Notes: a model not told the origin generated them from the letters alone. A stretch of DNA of 64,000 nucleotides from an uncultured virus (IMG/VR IMGVR_UViG_3300042914_003341) (IMGVR_UViG_3300042914_003341), one strand, 5' to 3'; shown: positions 48,544-58,662, counted from the first letter of the stretch. Program-made: numbers and translations.

Positions 48544-49093
48544 GGAATTTCTTCTCTGCTTTCTTTACAGACCATGGCTTGATCACAAGGTTTGGATATG
48601 GTTTCACGCCCTTCAAAGCAGTCCAATGCTCAACTGGGGAATTGTGTGATCTAAGATCTCTGAACTCCGTTGCCAGCATCCGTACATCTGCTTCTTTGAT
48701 CTCGGGATCCTCCAGAACGTCTAGACCATCAAACCATTTCTCCTCAATCTTCTTTGCTGCTGCCAACTCCAGTTGTTTGTAGTTTGATAGATGCGGCTTC
48801 AGAGGGCTGGGAATATCACAGAGATATGTTTCTGTGCCATCGTGCATCAGCCCAGCAAGTTTCTTTTTCTTTGGTAGTTGCCGCGAAACATACACACAGT
48901 GCTGAGCCACGCTGTAGAACTCGCCGCAATGGCCATTGAACCTGCACTGCTGAGACAGTGAGTGTGCAATGTCTCTGATGTCAAGCAGATCAATGTCCAA
49001 ATCTAAGACATCGATGAGTTTCCCAGTGAATGTCTGGATGTATGCTTGCGGCTTTGTTTCTGTTAAGAGATTTTTCTCACTCGTCTTCGTCAT
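48509..49093 (-). CDS. HD-domain 5'-deoxynucleotidase (YfbR/YfdR-like)
   Basis: IRDIAHSLSQQCRFNGH..YSVAQH..LMHDGTETY.CDIPSPLK..AD..LATE.RDL. Confidence 0.88.
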   Translation of the reverse strand: MTKTSEKNLLTETKPQAYIQTFTGKLIDVLDLDIDLLDIRDIAHSLSQQCRFNGHCGEFYSVAQHCVYVSRQLPKKKKLAGLMHDGTETYLCDIPSPLKPHLSNYKQLELAAAKKIEEKWFDGLDVLEDPEIKEADVRMLATEFRDLRSHNSPVEHWTALKGVKPYPNLVIKPWSVKKAEKKFLETFYKLQQAS

Positions 49094-49571
49094 GGGTAGA
49101 GGATACATCGCCAGACGTGTTTTCGTCAAAAGACGGATTGCCCTTATCATCTCGGCGGGGATCCGTGAGGTTCATCACGCCGTACTCATCATTGCTGATG
49201 GTATAGATTGCACGCTTCAACCCGTAGCTGTAAAGAACAGCCTGACACATCGCACAGGGACGAGCCATCACCAGCTTCGGGTTCTTCGCGGAATCATCGC
49301 GGAACCGGCGAACAACAACGACCTTGGCACCAGTCAAGTCAATCTTCCGTCGCACGTTCAGCACCGCCGCAACCTCGGCATGGATCGAACAGCAGTGAGG
49401 ATTGGTGCGATAACGACGCTGGAGCCCAGAGTCGCGACCCTTGGCGTTGTAACCAACAGAGATCACACGACCTCCAATGAAGATTACCGCGCAAACACAC
49501 GCTGCAAGGCCGCTGTCATACTTGTGGTCGCGAGCATAGTCAATCGCAACATCCAGAATTCGCTTGCGCAT
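49077..49571 (-). CDS. Zn-dependent cytidine/deoxycytidylate deaminase family protein
   Basis: SVGYN, IHAEVAA, ARPCAMC. Confidence 0.85.
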   Translation of the reverse strand: MRKRILDVAIDYARDHKYDSGLAACVCAVIFIGGRVISVGYNAKGRDSGLQRRYRTNPHCCSIHAEVAAVLNVRRKIDLTGAKVVVVRRFRDDSAKNPKLVMARPCAMCQAVLYSYGLKRAIYTISNDEYGVMNLTDPRRDDKGNPSFDENTSGDVSSTHDEDE

Positions 49572-49605
49572 GGGTCACATCCTCTCGCTGGTGAATGATC
49601 CGACC

Positions 49606-49869
49606 TTAGCAGGTTTCGGTACCGCTGTCAAGTCGATGGGATACCATCAGGTCACAACACCAGATCAATTCACCGAGCACAGTATTATCCCACTTGCTTT
49701 TCATCATTCCACGCAATGCATTGGTGGCATAATCTCTGATTAGGATATGCACCAAAGCTCTGATCAGGTCGGTCCCTGTTGCGAACCTGAATTCAAGCAG
49801 GATGTTTGTGGCAAACAGACCTGATCTAAGAAAAGCAGCATCGATGTTGTATTCATAGTCCATGTTCAT
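49606..49869 (-). CDS. ELAD-motif family protein (divergent)
   Basis: ELIWCCDLMVS near the C-terminus. Confidence 0.55.
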   Translation of the reverse strand: MNMDYEYNIDAAFLRSGLFATNILLEFRFATGTDLIRALVHILIRDYATNALRGMMKSKWDNTVLGELIWCCDLMVSHRLDSGTETC

Positions 49870-50183
49870 AGCACCAGTGCATCACAAAGATCAACAAGGA
49901 ACTTTAGGTGTACTGCGCTTTGTTTTTGAATGGCTAGTGTTCTGTATGGGTGTATGGATATGTACAGCAAGCCACTAAAGCCTGAATCTATCAAAACAGA
50001 CTCGCTGCCATTGTATCTGTTGTATGACTCATTGGCTACTCTGTGGAAAACTATGTCGCTGCGCCTGTACCATTCCATCAGAGAGCTCGTGGATGGTTCA
50101 CCCAGAACATCCCGCGGCAACAGGAACTTAGGCCGTATTGTCATTAATGTGACATCTGCTCCATTGATACGCGCAACCATCAA
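49866..50183 (-). CDS. ELAD-motif family protein
   Basis: C-terminus FLVDLCDALVL*. Confidence 0.75.
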   Translation of the reverse strand: MMVARINGADVTLMTIRPKFLLPRDVLGEPSTSSLMEWYRRSDIVFHRVANESYNRYNGSESVLIDSGFSGLLYISIHPYRTLAIQKQSAVHLKFLVDLCDALVL

Positions 50184-50437
50184 AAACTGCTGCTTTCTGA
50201 TATGGCATCTGCGACGTCTAGGAAGAGCTGCAACTCCGGGGGTGTTCTGTCGCAGAATATTGCGAGGCGATATAGTTTCAGCGTCAGCTCCAGAAACGCT
50301 GGTTCAGACGCATTCAAATGCTCACCAATCAGATTAAAGAATGTTTCGGGCGATGGCTTTCCGTCTAGCTTATAACGATCGATTGCAATGTACTTCACAT
50401 ATTTGACGTTGACAAACACCGATGAAGTAGTGATCAT
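50180..50437 (-). CDS. ELAD-motif family protein
   Basis: C-terminus LFLDVADAISESSSF*. Confidence 0.75.
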   Translation of the reverse strand: MITTSSVFVNVKYVKYIAIDRYKLDGKPSPETFFNLIGEHLNASEPAFLELTLKLYRLAIFCDRTPPELQLFLDVADAISESSSF

Positions 50438-50664
50438 ACTGGTTGGTTCTCCGAGTCATTATTCAACAAGGCAATTGCATCTGCGATCTCTATGAAACAG
50501 GAAGAACGTGACAATGTTCCATATGGCGAAGGCAAAGCATCGTCGACATAGTTTTGCAAAAAATCACACAGTCGATGTCGAAACCAATGCAAACCATGGC
50601 TGTTTAGTCGCTCGGTGAACGACTCAATCACTCTTTGAGGATTAAAAATCATGTTGTTTGACAC
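50434..50664 (-). CDS. ELAD-motif family protein
   Basis: WFRHRLCD..PYG..CFIEIADAIALL. Confidence 0.75.
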   Translation of the reverse strand: MSNNMIFNPQRVIESFTERLNSHGLHWFRHRLCDFLQNYVDDALPSPYGTLSRSSCFIEIADAIALLNNDSENQPV

Positions 50665-50881
50665 GTTGATTGTTCTCCGCTAGCAAATCGGCCAGTTCAA
50701 TGAACTCCGAAGATTCGTACAAACCATATGGCTCGACAATCCGGATTCTATCACTGCTGAGGCACAAACAATCATACAACCTCATCTCAAACCATGTTTC
50801 CTGGTGGCCAGAAATACTGTTGCACAGTTTGTGGAATTTTAGAATGGTCATATGACCATCAAACGACTTATTGCTCGGCAT
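50642..50881 (-). CDS. ELAD-motif family protein
   Basis: WFEMRLYD..PYG..EFIELADLLAEN. Confidence 0.75.
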   Translation of the reverse strand: MPSNKSFDGHMTILKFHKLCNSISGHQETWFEMRLYDCLCLSSDRIRIVEPYGLYESSEFIELADLLAENNQRVKQHDF

Positions 50882-51119
50882 GATGTTGCTTGCTCTCTGC
50901 TAGTATGTCTGCCAACTCAATCAAACCTACAGACGGTTTAAACAATCCGTAAAACTCCGTTAAAACGGAGTTCGCATACCCGCGATTGATATCATGCAAA
51001 CGGTTTTCAAACCAAGCAAAACGTCTATCCAGAAAAACCGTCTCAATCAGAGCTCGTACGCGTCGATTAAATGAGGTAACTGAGGAGCTGTGGATGCTCG
51101 GCATTATGTATTGTTGCAT
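50868..51119 (-). CDS. ELAD-motif family protein
   Basis: WFENRLHD..FYG..GLIELADILAES. Confidence 0.75.
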   Translation of the reverse strand: MQQYIMPSIHSSSVTSFNRRVRALIETVFLDRRFAWFENRLHDINRGYANSVLTEFYGLFKPSVGLIELADILAESKQHHAEQ

Positions 51120-51311
51120 GCCAGAGACAGACTAGCACAGATGCATCTCAGTTGTCAAGCACTAGGATGTTCTTCTGTGATGGCGTCAGTATGTGAAAAC
51201 CAGATTGGATGGTTCCCGGTGCAAATAAAACCAACAATGCTTCTGAACACATTTCCAGTTGTTCTCCAGTACCATTCGTTCAACGGTTGCGACCGATCTT
51301 TAGTTGGTTTT

Positions 51312-51599
51312 TCATCTTTTCTGGATATTAGTCTTCTTGGATAGCACCTTCAACGCATCATTGTATGCTTGCTTGGCTGTCTCAGAGGCATGAACTACCA
51401 CACCGCGCCACTTGCCATTAGCCGCATCAAAACTATGAGCGCGCCACGGGGTCTTTGCGTTGTTGCCACTCCAGCGTTCTAAAGCTATGACCCACTGGTT
51501 GTTTGCGCGAACAATCTCAAACTCATCCTTGCCACGCATCAAGGCGTGAACCTCTGCCGCGTTCAAACCTCCTGCTGGTATTGAAGGAAGAATCTTCAT
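51312..51599 (-). CDS. Hypothetical protein
   Basis: Start refined to MKILPS. Confidence 0.6.
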   Translation of the reverse strand: MKILPSIPAGGLNAAEVHALMRGKDEFEIVRANNQWVIALERWSGNNAKTPWRAHSFDAANGKWRGVVVHASETAKQAYNDALKVLSKKTNIQKR

Positions 51600-51624
51600 G
51601 CTATTCTGTAACTTTCTTTCGTTG

Positions 51625-52104
51625 CTAGTTTGCCGCAAAAACAGTCATGATCAGCAATACCAGAGCAAAGAGCATCGGCATCCAATACAGAGTATAAAGT
51701 CTCTTGGACTCCAGCTCTGCCATCTCTGCATATGTCCCAGGCAACACAGACCCCGCTCCAACTAATGAAGCAAAACCAAGCCAACTCCCAACGTCGCCAA
51801 CAGATCCGGGATCCATCAGGAGAACACACGCACTGCTCAGAGACAGAACAACAGTAGCAGCAATCGCTACAGCTTTGTTGAAGTTCTTGGTGTAAACAGA
51901 TTCAGTGTCTGGAACTAACTGGCGACGTCTGTACTCAGCAACAATCATTGATTTAGCAGTCGCCAAAGCAAGAACAGCGGCGGCATAACGAGATGTCCCA
52001 GCAAACAACAAAGGCAAACTGCCAATTGTTCCAGCAAGTGCACTGCTCATTGCCTCACCATGTTCTCCTGTTGAATTGTTTTGTTGCCACCACACCATGA
52101 TCAC
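51625..52104 (-). CDS. Membrane protein
   Basis: Several hydrophobic segments. Confidence 0.65.
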   Translation of the reverse strand: MIMVWWQQNNSTGEHGEAMSSALAGTIGSLPLLFAGTSRYAAAVLALATAKSMIVAEYRRRQLVPDTESVYTKNFNKAVAIAATVVLSLSSACVLLMDPGSVGDVGSWLGFASLVGAGSVLPGTYAEMAELESKRLYTLYWMPMLFALVLLIMTVFAAN

Positions 52105-52183
52105 TGCCTAGCTCTGATCGATCATGGCATAACTAGCCTGACACAGCACGGATCAGTTGTCAAGTGCAACGTCAAGCGCAGCG

Positions 52184-52372
52184 TCAAACAGCAAACATGT
52201 CAGCCAACTCAGCAAACAGCTTTGCATTTTTATACCAATTGTGATGCCAGTGATGCGTGGTGTATGATATCTGAATCATATCTGTCAATACCATGCTCAT
52301 GAAATGGTACTGCGAAAAATCTTTGCGGTTGCCGCATACCGAACTTATTCTGTTCTCGATTTCTTCAATCAT
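52184..52372 (-). CDS. ELAD-motif family protein
   Basis: C-terminus LFAELADMFAV*. Confidence 0.75.
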   Translation of the reverse strand: MIEEIENRISSVCGNRKDFSQYHFMSMVLTDMIQISYTTHHWHHNWYKNAKLFAELADMFAV

Positions 52373-52664
52373 CAATCCTCTTGCTCGTGCATGCCAACAC
52401 ATCTGCTAGCTCATAGTCTGTTTCTAGCAGTTCGAACAAATCACAATTGTCCAGGCCCCAATGAGGCGTGAAACCGCTCAGAACTGTCATGATGCCCATT
52501 AGTTGCAACAAGGGCGATGGCTCATGCTGGACAAACACCCGGTTCATTGAGTTTACTATGTAGTTGCAGGGCGTCATTTCGTGTAACTGATATGAAGAAC
52601 GGTAATAGTTTCTATTTGCGTAGTATGCAGCCATGAATGTGTCACCGTCAACCAGCATCGTCAT
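52365..52664 (-). CDS. ELAD-motif family protein
   Basis: DYELADVLACT near the C-terminus. Confidence 0.75.
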   Translation of the reverse strand: MTMLVDGDTFMAAYYANRNYYRSSYQLHEMTPCNYIVNSMNRVFVQHEPSPLLQLMGIMTVLSGFTPHWGLDNCDLFELLETDYELADVLACTSKRIDD

Positions 52665-52873
52665 GACGTCAACATGTCGGCAATGTCAGCAGTTGTCATG
52701 GCTTCTATGAACCAACTAGAAGCCCATGAGCTATTCGACAACAGCATTTCATCAAAAACTACTCCAAACATAAGCTCTATGAATTCAACAAACAGGTGTG
52801 TGTTTTGATTCAACTTGAAGTTAGATTTAACGTTTACTCGGATAGTCCATTCGTTGCGTTTTGGACATGTCAT
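52661..52873 (-). CDS. ELAD-motif family protein
   Basis: C-terminus TTADIADMLTS*. Confidence 0.75.
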   Translation of the reverse strand: MTCPKRNEWTIRVNVKSNFKLNQNTHLFVEFIELMFGVVFDEMLLSNSSWASSWFIEAMTTADIADMLTS

Positions 52874-53115
52874 GACTGTTTTGCGGCCAAAAGCACGTCT
52901 CCCAACTCAGCAAACTCCATGGCTTCAGAGTACCCATCCGGATGCCACAGCTCGAAAAATGATTGTGTTCGAATGGTTGAATTTATAGAGATCCGCATAT
53001 ATTCAGACACTAGATCGTTCGAACAATGTGGTAACAAAAGCTCACGAACTCTCTTTCTGATCGTAACGATACGTGAATTTATCAACCCGAGATCTTTGTC
53101 TGTCAAACCATCCAT
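52870..53115 (-). CDS. ELAD-motif family protein
   Basis: C-terminus EFAELGDVLLAAKQS*. Confidence 0.75.
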   Translation of the reverse strand: MDGLTDKDLGLINSRIVTIRKRVRELLLPHCSNDLVSEYMRISINSTIRTQSFFELWHPDGYSEAMEFAELGDVLLAAKQS

Positions 53116-53378
53116 CCTTCCTGGAAAACGTCAGCAATGTCTGAGAGCTCTGTGCCGCAAGCGATCAGATGGTCGTTATTTGCAACAATCATCGACATTA
53201 GATCTTCACGGAAAAACCAAAGACAGAACAGCCATGTCATTCTGGCTGAATCATACCTGAACTTTTCAGGATCGGATTCTGCCTGGTGAAACAAAACATA
53301 AAGACTGTTCTGTATTTTGTCAAAGTAATGCCAACGTCTTTGTTTGGCTTCAAACGTCCATGATGATGGATTATTCAT
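53103..53378 (-). CDS. ELAD-motif family protein
   Basis: C-terminus ELSDIADVFQEGWMV*. Confidence 0.75.
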   Translation of the reverse strand: MNNPSSWTFEAKQRRWHYFDKIQNSLYVLFHQAESDPEKFRYDSARMTWLFCLWFFREDLMSMIVANNDHLIACGTELSDIADVFQEGWMV

Positions 53379-53643
53379 TTGCCATCAATCCTGTCTGGAT
53401 GAAGTCGGCTAGATCTGTGAACTCATTGTCGACAACGTGCCTTGAATCAGCCCTGAGATCAGCCCCGTGAATTTCTAGGCGAAAGCTTCTGACACATCCA
53501 AGCCAGACCAGAAAAACCGAATTATACGTCGAATTCTGCAGGTCATTGACCTCAACATGAAACATTTGGAACAGCCGGTTCTGGAAAATGTCTTGATGTC
53601 TGATAAAGCGGTACTCTGCGTGAGTCATCATGATCGCTGTCAC
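53371..53643 (-). CDS. ELAD-motif family protein
   Basis: C-terminus EFTDLADFIQTGLMANE*. Confidence 0.75.
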   Translation of the reverse strand: MTAIMMTHAEYRFIRHQDIFQNRLFQMFHVEVNDLQNSTYNSVFLVWLGCVRSFRLEIHGADLRADSRHVVDNEFTDLADFIQTGLMANE

Positions 53644-53882
53644 TTTCTTCGCGCTAACACATCACATAGGTCGAAGAACCCTTCGAAATCTTCAATCATC
53701 GTGTATACAGAAATACTCCATCTGAAACGGCCATCAATTCGTTCAAAACCATTATACACACTGATTGGTATATCATGCTGCGCACGATTAACGCGATGAA
53801 GATATGCCATCTTCTCTAGAACTTTCCAGAGGACATGACGACCCAACCAGTCATCATATGTTTTGTATAGCTGATATTCCAT
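53640..53882 (-). CDS. ELAD-motif family protein
   Basis: C-terminus GFFDLCDVLARRK*. Confidence 0.75.
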   Translation of the reverse strand: MEYQLYKTYDDWLGRHVLWKVLEKMAYLHRVNRAQHDIPISVYNGFERIDGRFRWSISVYTMIEDFEGFFDLCDVLARRK

Positions 53883-53892
53883 CTAGCTTTGA

Positions 53893-54354
53893 TCAGACAG
53901 GGCCGTCAGCACGCCATTGATCTAGGAACTCTTCTGGGGTTTCGCCGTCAGTGTCCAAAGAACCTTGATTGATTGCCAGCTTGACGTCATCAACTGTGCA
54001 GCAATCCTTGCACACCGGGCCTAGATCGTCCAGGATCAAAACATTGTCCGGATAAAACATCATCCTGCACTTTTGGCAGCATTCTTCGGCAGACTCATCC
54101 TCTTCGCCAACGTTTTCAGCAACATCATCTAGCAGATCACCATATCTGCTCGGAGTCATGACGGTAATTGTCGCATATTGACTTGTGCAATGGCCATCTG
54201 CGGCAAGAATTAGCTGTTCTCCGTCAGTGCAATTGACAGTATAGAACTGCATAACGTTCGCTCTGTCTCCATACATGTCGACCTCTTTCACAGTGATTGA
54301 CTGAATGGTCTTACCGACTAGTGCTGTGAGGTTGTGCTCTGCTGTGTTTGACAT
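53893..54354 (-). CDS. Acidic zinc-finger-containing hypothetical protein
   Basis: CQKC..CKDC; start refined to MSNTAE. Confidence 0.65.
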   Translation of the reverse strand: MSNTAEHNLTALVGKTIQSITVKEVDMYGDRANVMQFYTVNCTDGEQLILAADGHCTSQYATITVMTPSRYGDLLDDVAENVGEEDESAEECCQKCRMMFYPDNVLILDDLGPVCKDCCTVDDVKLAINQGSLDTDGETPEEFLDQWRADGPV

Positions 54355-54376
54355 TGGTGGTTTGTTGTCCTTTGGT

Positions 54377-54682
54377 TCAGTAGTCGTTGGGGTCATAGGC
54401 ATCTGGAGAACCCAGAGCAGATCGGAGGGGTGAGCCGTTGTTGGTGATGCTGGGAATGTTCACGGAAGGGTTTGCGTTTGGATCGAACCAAACCGTGTAG
54501 GTCGGGCGCTCACCCTCAAACTCAAAGATGAGTTCATTGGAACCGTTCTCCTCGTTCTTCTCAAGGAGATCATCCCGGTACGCGCGAGCAGCGGTTTCAC
54601 TTGCGAAACGCATGTCGATCTTGCCAGAAAGAGGCATCTCGATTGTCAGAGTCCAGCGGCCAGTGTTGTTCTGAGTGGTCAT
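54377..54682 (-). CDS. Hypothetical protein
   Basis: Start refined to MTTQNN behind promoter at ~54729. Confidence 0.65.
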   Translation of the reverse strand: MTTQNNTGRWTLTIEMPLSGKIDMRFASETAARAYRDDLLEKNEENGSNELIFEFEGERPTYTVWFDPNANPSVNIPSITNNGSPLRSALGSPDAYDPNDY

Positions 54683-54765
54683 GATAGTACCTGTTCTTTC
54701 CGTCCCGGTGTGCTTGGGAACAGACCAGAGTCTAGCAAACGCCAGGAGTGATGTCAAGTGTAACG

Positions 54766-55056
54766 TCAAGCGTAACTGCAAGCAGCAATTGTGTCGGCCA
54801 AGTCACAGAAGGTTTCGCGGTCAAATTCCCAGATCCAATGACCAGACCCTAAGATCGACCACTGTTCCGGTACCATTGGTTGTATTTTCATGTGGAATTG
54901 GTAATAGTTGCGATTAAACCCCACCAACGTGTCACTGATGATGTCCGCCATGCGCACTGAAACGAATGACATCTCAGGCATTGATTTTCCATCCGGTTTG
55001 TACTTGCCGAAAACATTGGTGATCAACACGAGTAGCGGAATTGATATGACAATCAT
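54766..55056 (-). CDS. ELAD-motif family protein
   Basis: C-terminus TFCDLADTIAACSYA*. Confidence 0.75.
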   Translation of the reverse strand: MIVISIPLLVLITNVFGKYKPDGKSMPEMSFVSVRMADIISDTLVGFNRNYYQFHMKIQPMVPEQWSILGSGHWIWEFDRETFCDLADTIAACSYA

Positions 55057-55358
55057 CGTGCTAGCACCAAGGCGTCTGCGATGTCAAACACAAAGGTGTT
55101 GATGAATTTTAGCGTGCTAATTGTTTCTGTTATGTACTGGTCGGTTTCGAAATCGCGATATTCAACAGCAAACTCTGAGTAGTACAGCATTCCTGGCCAC
55201 CACCAACAGTTGGCACCTTCGTCCCACGCAGTGATATCATGAAGCATACACAAATCAAACATCCGAGCAAAACACAATCTGAATTCAACGTTGTTTGTCT
55301 CGTATCTCATATAATGTTCATCGATGTCTATGTTCCAGCGTTGATGTTTGATGGTCAT
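55053..55358 (-). CDS. ELAD-motif family protein
   Basis: C-terminus FVFDIADALVLAR*. Confidence 0.75.
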   Translation of the reverse strand: MTIKHQRWNIDIDEHYMRYETNNVEFRLCFARMFDLCMLHDITAWDEGANCWWWPGMLYYSEFAVEYRDFETDQYITETISTLKFINTFVFDIADALVLAR

Positions 55359-55621
55359 TGGAGTAGGTCTGCCATTTCAAAGAAGTATTGATCCAGATCC
55401 ACAAAAGTATACATTCCTCCAGAATCGTTATCCGTGGTTTTCCCAATCAATGACCAAGTCATAAGAGATATCGATATGCCTGCGTGGTAACCCAGGCCAA
55501 GTCCGTATGAATAGTGACGTCGCGAATGTTGTGCACACAACACATCATTAATTCTTTTCGCAGATTCTGCAAAGAGTTTGTTCTTCGTGTAAAGACACAG
55601 TGGTTTTCTGTTAGCACTCAT
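55355..55621 (-). CDS. ELAD-motif family protein
   Basis: C-terminus YFFEMADLLQ*. Confidence 0.75.
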   Translation of the reverse strand: MSANRKPLCLYTKNKLFAESAKRINDVLCAQHSRRHYSYGLGLGYHAGISISLMTWSLIGKTTDNDSGGMYTFVDLDQYFFEMADLLQ

Positions 55622-55884
55622 TGATGAATGATTAACACGTCTCCGATCTCCGCGATCTCAATGATTTCTTCTGCATACACTCCTGCCAGACTAGAAGCTG
55701 TGTGTTTGCGAACCATGATCATGAGCAGCCCTGTAAAGAACGGATTCACAGGAACACTGTTCAACTTTTCTTGAAGATCCGCGGACCAAACCCAGTACGC
55801 GTCATGTTTGGCCCATTTTGCAACAACTAGTTCTTCATCCGTCGGCAATCCGGATTGTAGTGTGGGCTGTTTAGATGAACACAT
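55618..55884 (-). CDS. ELAD-motif family protein
   Basis: C-terminus EIAEIGDVLIIHQ*. Confidence 0.75.
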   Translation of the reverse strand: MCSSKQPTLQSGLPTDEELVVAKWAKHDAYWVWSADLQEKLNSVPVNPFFTGLLMIMVRKHTASSLAGVYAEEIIEIAEIGDVLIIHQ

Positions 55885-56380
55885 CAGCTATCTCTGTGAA
55901 TTGAATCAGTGTGTTTGTTTTGTCGGCATCAACCTCTGCATATCGATCATACCCGGAAAACCAATTCAACAAATCGTACAATGGATTGCTCAATAAATCA
56001 AACAGCGCACCATGTGAATCATTTGGTAATTCAATATGATACTGAGTCCTAGCAATCAAAGCAGTGCTTTCCGTACGCGTCACTGGTTTGGATTTTTCAC
56101 CTTTCCAAGCACTAAGAACAGTTTCTTCTCCAACCCAGCTATAGTTGATTCGCTCCAGCATCTCTTTCGTGCGGCGCCCTTCGGGGTACAATTCGCCATT
56201 CAAACAATCTTCGATAAGCTCTCTAAGTCCTGGGAAAATAGCACGCCCCAGAGTGTCGGCTGAAATCGATGTCGTCAAACGATCAATCAATGCATTTGTT
56301 TTGTGTTCCCGATGCAAATTTGCTGCGATCTGCTTTAGTTGCGCAGTGAAATTCTCCGGCGCGGCTGGGGATTCACTCAT
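55871..56380 (-). CDS. ELAD-motif family protein
   Basis: C-terminus QFTEIADVFI*. Confidence 0.75.
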   Translation of the reverse strand: MSESPAAPENFTAQLKQIAANLHREHKTNALIDRLTTSISADTLGRAIFPGLRELIEDCLNGELYPEGRRTKEMLERINYSWVGEETVLSAWKGEKSKPVTRTESTALIARTQYHIELPNDSHGALFDLLSNPLYDLLNWFSGYDRYAEVDADKTNTLIQFTEIADVFI

Positions 56381-57038
56381 GATTGTTTTCCGCGGTTGTT
56401 GCGATCATGTCAGCCAGTTCGATTGTGCGTGAAAGATGTCTGTAACCTCTTGAACTTGAAATCCAAACAGCACCACTCCCGCGCATAGCTCTGAGGTTGT
56501 TACGGAGCCAGCCAACATTGTCTGAAAGTGCGTTGTTAATGATATTACACACTGGAGAGCTGTTCCACAGTCCAGGTGGTACATCGACTTGACTCAGTTG
56601 TTTGATACAGTGACTGTGCAAACGCCAACACGGATAGTCATATCCCGAGAGACTGTTTTTGGATCGCTGTTGCGCAACAAAGAACAACTCTGGGATGTTT
56701 GTCTCGTCTGTTGTCGTCATCTCGTCCAAGAGCTTCTTTAGGTTTCTGAAACGAGTTCTCTCACTGCTTGTGAACTTGAACGATGATGATGAACGTTTCT
56801 TTGGCCCAATGAACCTTTTGTGACCATTATCAGTGGCAGTGAGGCGGATCAATTCTGAGATGGTTCTTGCAAAGAACCCAGCAAACCTTTTGTTGCGTTT
56901 CGATGATGAACTAAAGGATTTGATCGTGTTTTCAATGCTGACCCAGATTTTCATGATATATGTTTCACGCTTAGCTGCTAGATGTAATTCATTCAGCTTG
57001 TCGATTGAAGGAACTGTCTCAAACTCTGGAATCGTCAT
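56373..57038 (-). CDS. ELAD-motif family protein (long subfamily)
   Basis: N-terminal PSIDKLNE; C-terminal TIELADMIATT. Confidence 0.75.
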   Translation of the reverse strand: MTIPEFETVPSIDKLNELHLAAKRETYIMKIWVSIENTIKSFSSSSKRNKRFAGFFARTISELIRLTATDNGHKRFIGPKKRSSSSFKFTSSERTRFRNLKKLLDEMTTTDETNIPELFFVAQQRSKNSLSGYDYPCWRLHSHCIKQLSQVDVPPGLWNSSPVCNIINNALSDNVGWLRNNLRAMRGSGAVWISSSRGYRHLSRTIELADMIATTAENNHE

Positions 57039-57565
57039 TGTTTCTCTTCTTCTGTGCTCCTCGCCATAGCATGACACAACTGATCGGCGATGTCAATGAA
57101 AGCTACGACCTCTTTTTTTGAGGAAGTAAAGCTGTGGCTGTGACTGGACCACAGTCGAGCATGTGGTCCGGTGAATTCATGTATAAAACGTATTGGTTTT
57201 GGTTGTGGCGCAGTTAGCCACCACACCCTCCATGCCGCGGCTGCTAAGCGTCGATTTTGCTGAGCTAGCTCTTTCTTGTAATGTACCAGTATTGTTGATG
57301 GCACTGTTGGTTCCTTGCAGAAAGTTGTACAGAACGATTTCAGCCTCGATTTATCGCTGCGTGTGAACGTTTCGTTCCTGATCCAGAGCATGACAACGCC
57401 TGTCAGCTTGCTGTAGCGCGATTGGTACAGATGTTTGTCAGCATAGTTTTTGACGCTGGCCTTCATTGCATCTTCTATCATGTGACAAAGAAGTTTGAAC
57501 TTAACCTTTGTCAGTTCTGCGTTTAGCTCAGCCATGCTCGGCGGCTCTACCCATTGCATACTCAT
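57035..57565 (-). CDS. ELAD-motif family protein (long subfamily)
   Basis: N-terminal PSMAELNA; C-terminal AFIDIADQLCHA. Confidence 0.75.
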   Translation of the reverse strand: MSMQWVEPPSMAELNAELTKVKFKLLCHMIEDAMKASVKNYADKHLYQSRYSKLTGVVMLWIRNETFTRSDKSRLKSFCTTFCKEPTVPSTILVHYKKELAQQNRRLAAAAWRVWWLTAPQPKPIRFIHEFTGPHARLWSSHSHSFTSSKKEVVAFIDIADQLCHAMARSTEEEKQ

Positions 57566-58116
57566 GATTGGGTATTTTCACTTTCGTTGTGCTGGAGCAA
57601 CATGTCCGCGATGTCAAGAAAACCATCAGCATCATTCTGATAATCAACGAAGATTCCCACGTTGGCGTACCAACGAGGCTGAGTTACCATCGCGATAAAA
57701 TTTGGCAGTTTGGGCAAACATTTACCCAACTCTATTGGGCGGTAGATCTGGTAGCTCTGCATCCACTTGTTTCGTTCTTCGTCAGCCAGTTGTTTGCAGT
57801 GTTTAAAGAACACTTCAGATGTGCTGGGATTGTCCAGTGGCACTGGTTCTATCACCTTTGCGAACCTCTTGAAGTATGTCCAGTCGTTTTTTGTAAAAGA
57901 TGTGCAGCCGTTCTTACCAACCGCAACATCCATCACTCTGTCCAGACAGTTGGCAATCATCACATAACCAAACTGCTTGTAGATGTTGCTTGGTGTTATG
58001 TCCTTGATGGCTTTAGCAACAGAACCAGCAAACAGACGCGCGTGAGTTGCAGCATAATGTGCATTCCTGTTCGATTTTAGTTCTTCAGTGGTTGGCCGGT
58101 GGAGATAGTATGTCAT
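57562..58116 (-). CDS. ELAD-motif family protein (long subfamily)
   Basis: N-terminal PTTEELKS; C-terminal GFLDIADMLLQH. Confidence 0.75.
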   Translation of the reverse strand: MTYYLHRPTTEELKSNRNAHYAATHARLFAGSVAKAIKDITPSNIYKQFGYVMIANCLDRVMDVAVGKNGCTSFTKNDWTYFKRFAKVIEPVPLDNPSTSEVFFKHCKQLADEERNKWMQSYQIYRPIELGKCLPKLPNFIAMVTQPRWYANVGIFVDYQNDADGFLDIADMLLQHNESENTQS

Positions 58117-58649
58117 GTGTTGTGTCCTGCTAGCATATCAGCAACCTCGATGAAGTTTGCGTTCATGTACCAATGTTGAGCATCCGGATGATCAACTGAC
58201 CAACTTGGTGAATTTTCATCATCAAAAACACAGGCTTCTATTAAGCTTCCAGGATCGCAAAATCCCACGGTGGGATGTTCGAGCAAGCATATAAGCTTGC
58301 CGCATCGGTTAACGTCTTTGTGAAATTTTGCAGCAGCACGGGTATATGAGTCAATGATTGCAATGCTGTTTGGTTTGTAGGCTTGGTGCAGGTTCTTGCA
58401 CAGTTTCTTGAAACGTTTGCTCTCTTTCTGTATGTTTACAGCGTCACCCTCGATCAACAGAACTATAGACGAAACAAGGACGTTGTAGTGCGCCTTGAAC
58501 ATAGCAGGCTCTGTGTTTTTCTTGACTGCATCAGCAAGCCATTGATGCACCATACACAGCCAAGCATCATAGTATTCCATGCGATGAGATATCTCAAGCT
58601 GTTCTAGCGTTGGCAGATCTTGCCAAACGAATTGTTCTTCTGATAACAT
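58113..58649 (-). CDS. ELAD-motif family protein (long subfamily)
   Basis: N-terminal PTLEQLEI; C-terminal NFIEVADMLAGHNT*. Confidence 0.75.
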   Translation of the reverse strand: MLSEEQFVWQDLPTLEQLEISHRMEYYDAWLCMVHQWLADAVKKNTEPAMFKAHYNVLVSSIVLLIEGDAVNIQKESKRFKKLCKNLHQAYKPNSIAIIDSYTRAAAKFHKDVNRCGKLICLLEHPTVGFCDPGSLIEACVFDDENSPSWSVDHPDAQHWYMNANFIEVADMLAGHNT

Positions 58650-58662
58650 GTTATGATTTAAA

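Noticed and set aside
518..54781. ORF-track N-terminal extensions such as MTASQPSAKVR.., MRLTTSQPSAKVH.., MQLRLTLHLT..
   Set aside because: These are translations of the promoter repeat itself, not a shared protein signal. True starts lie downstream of the -10 box.
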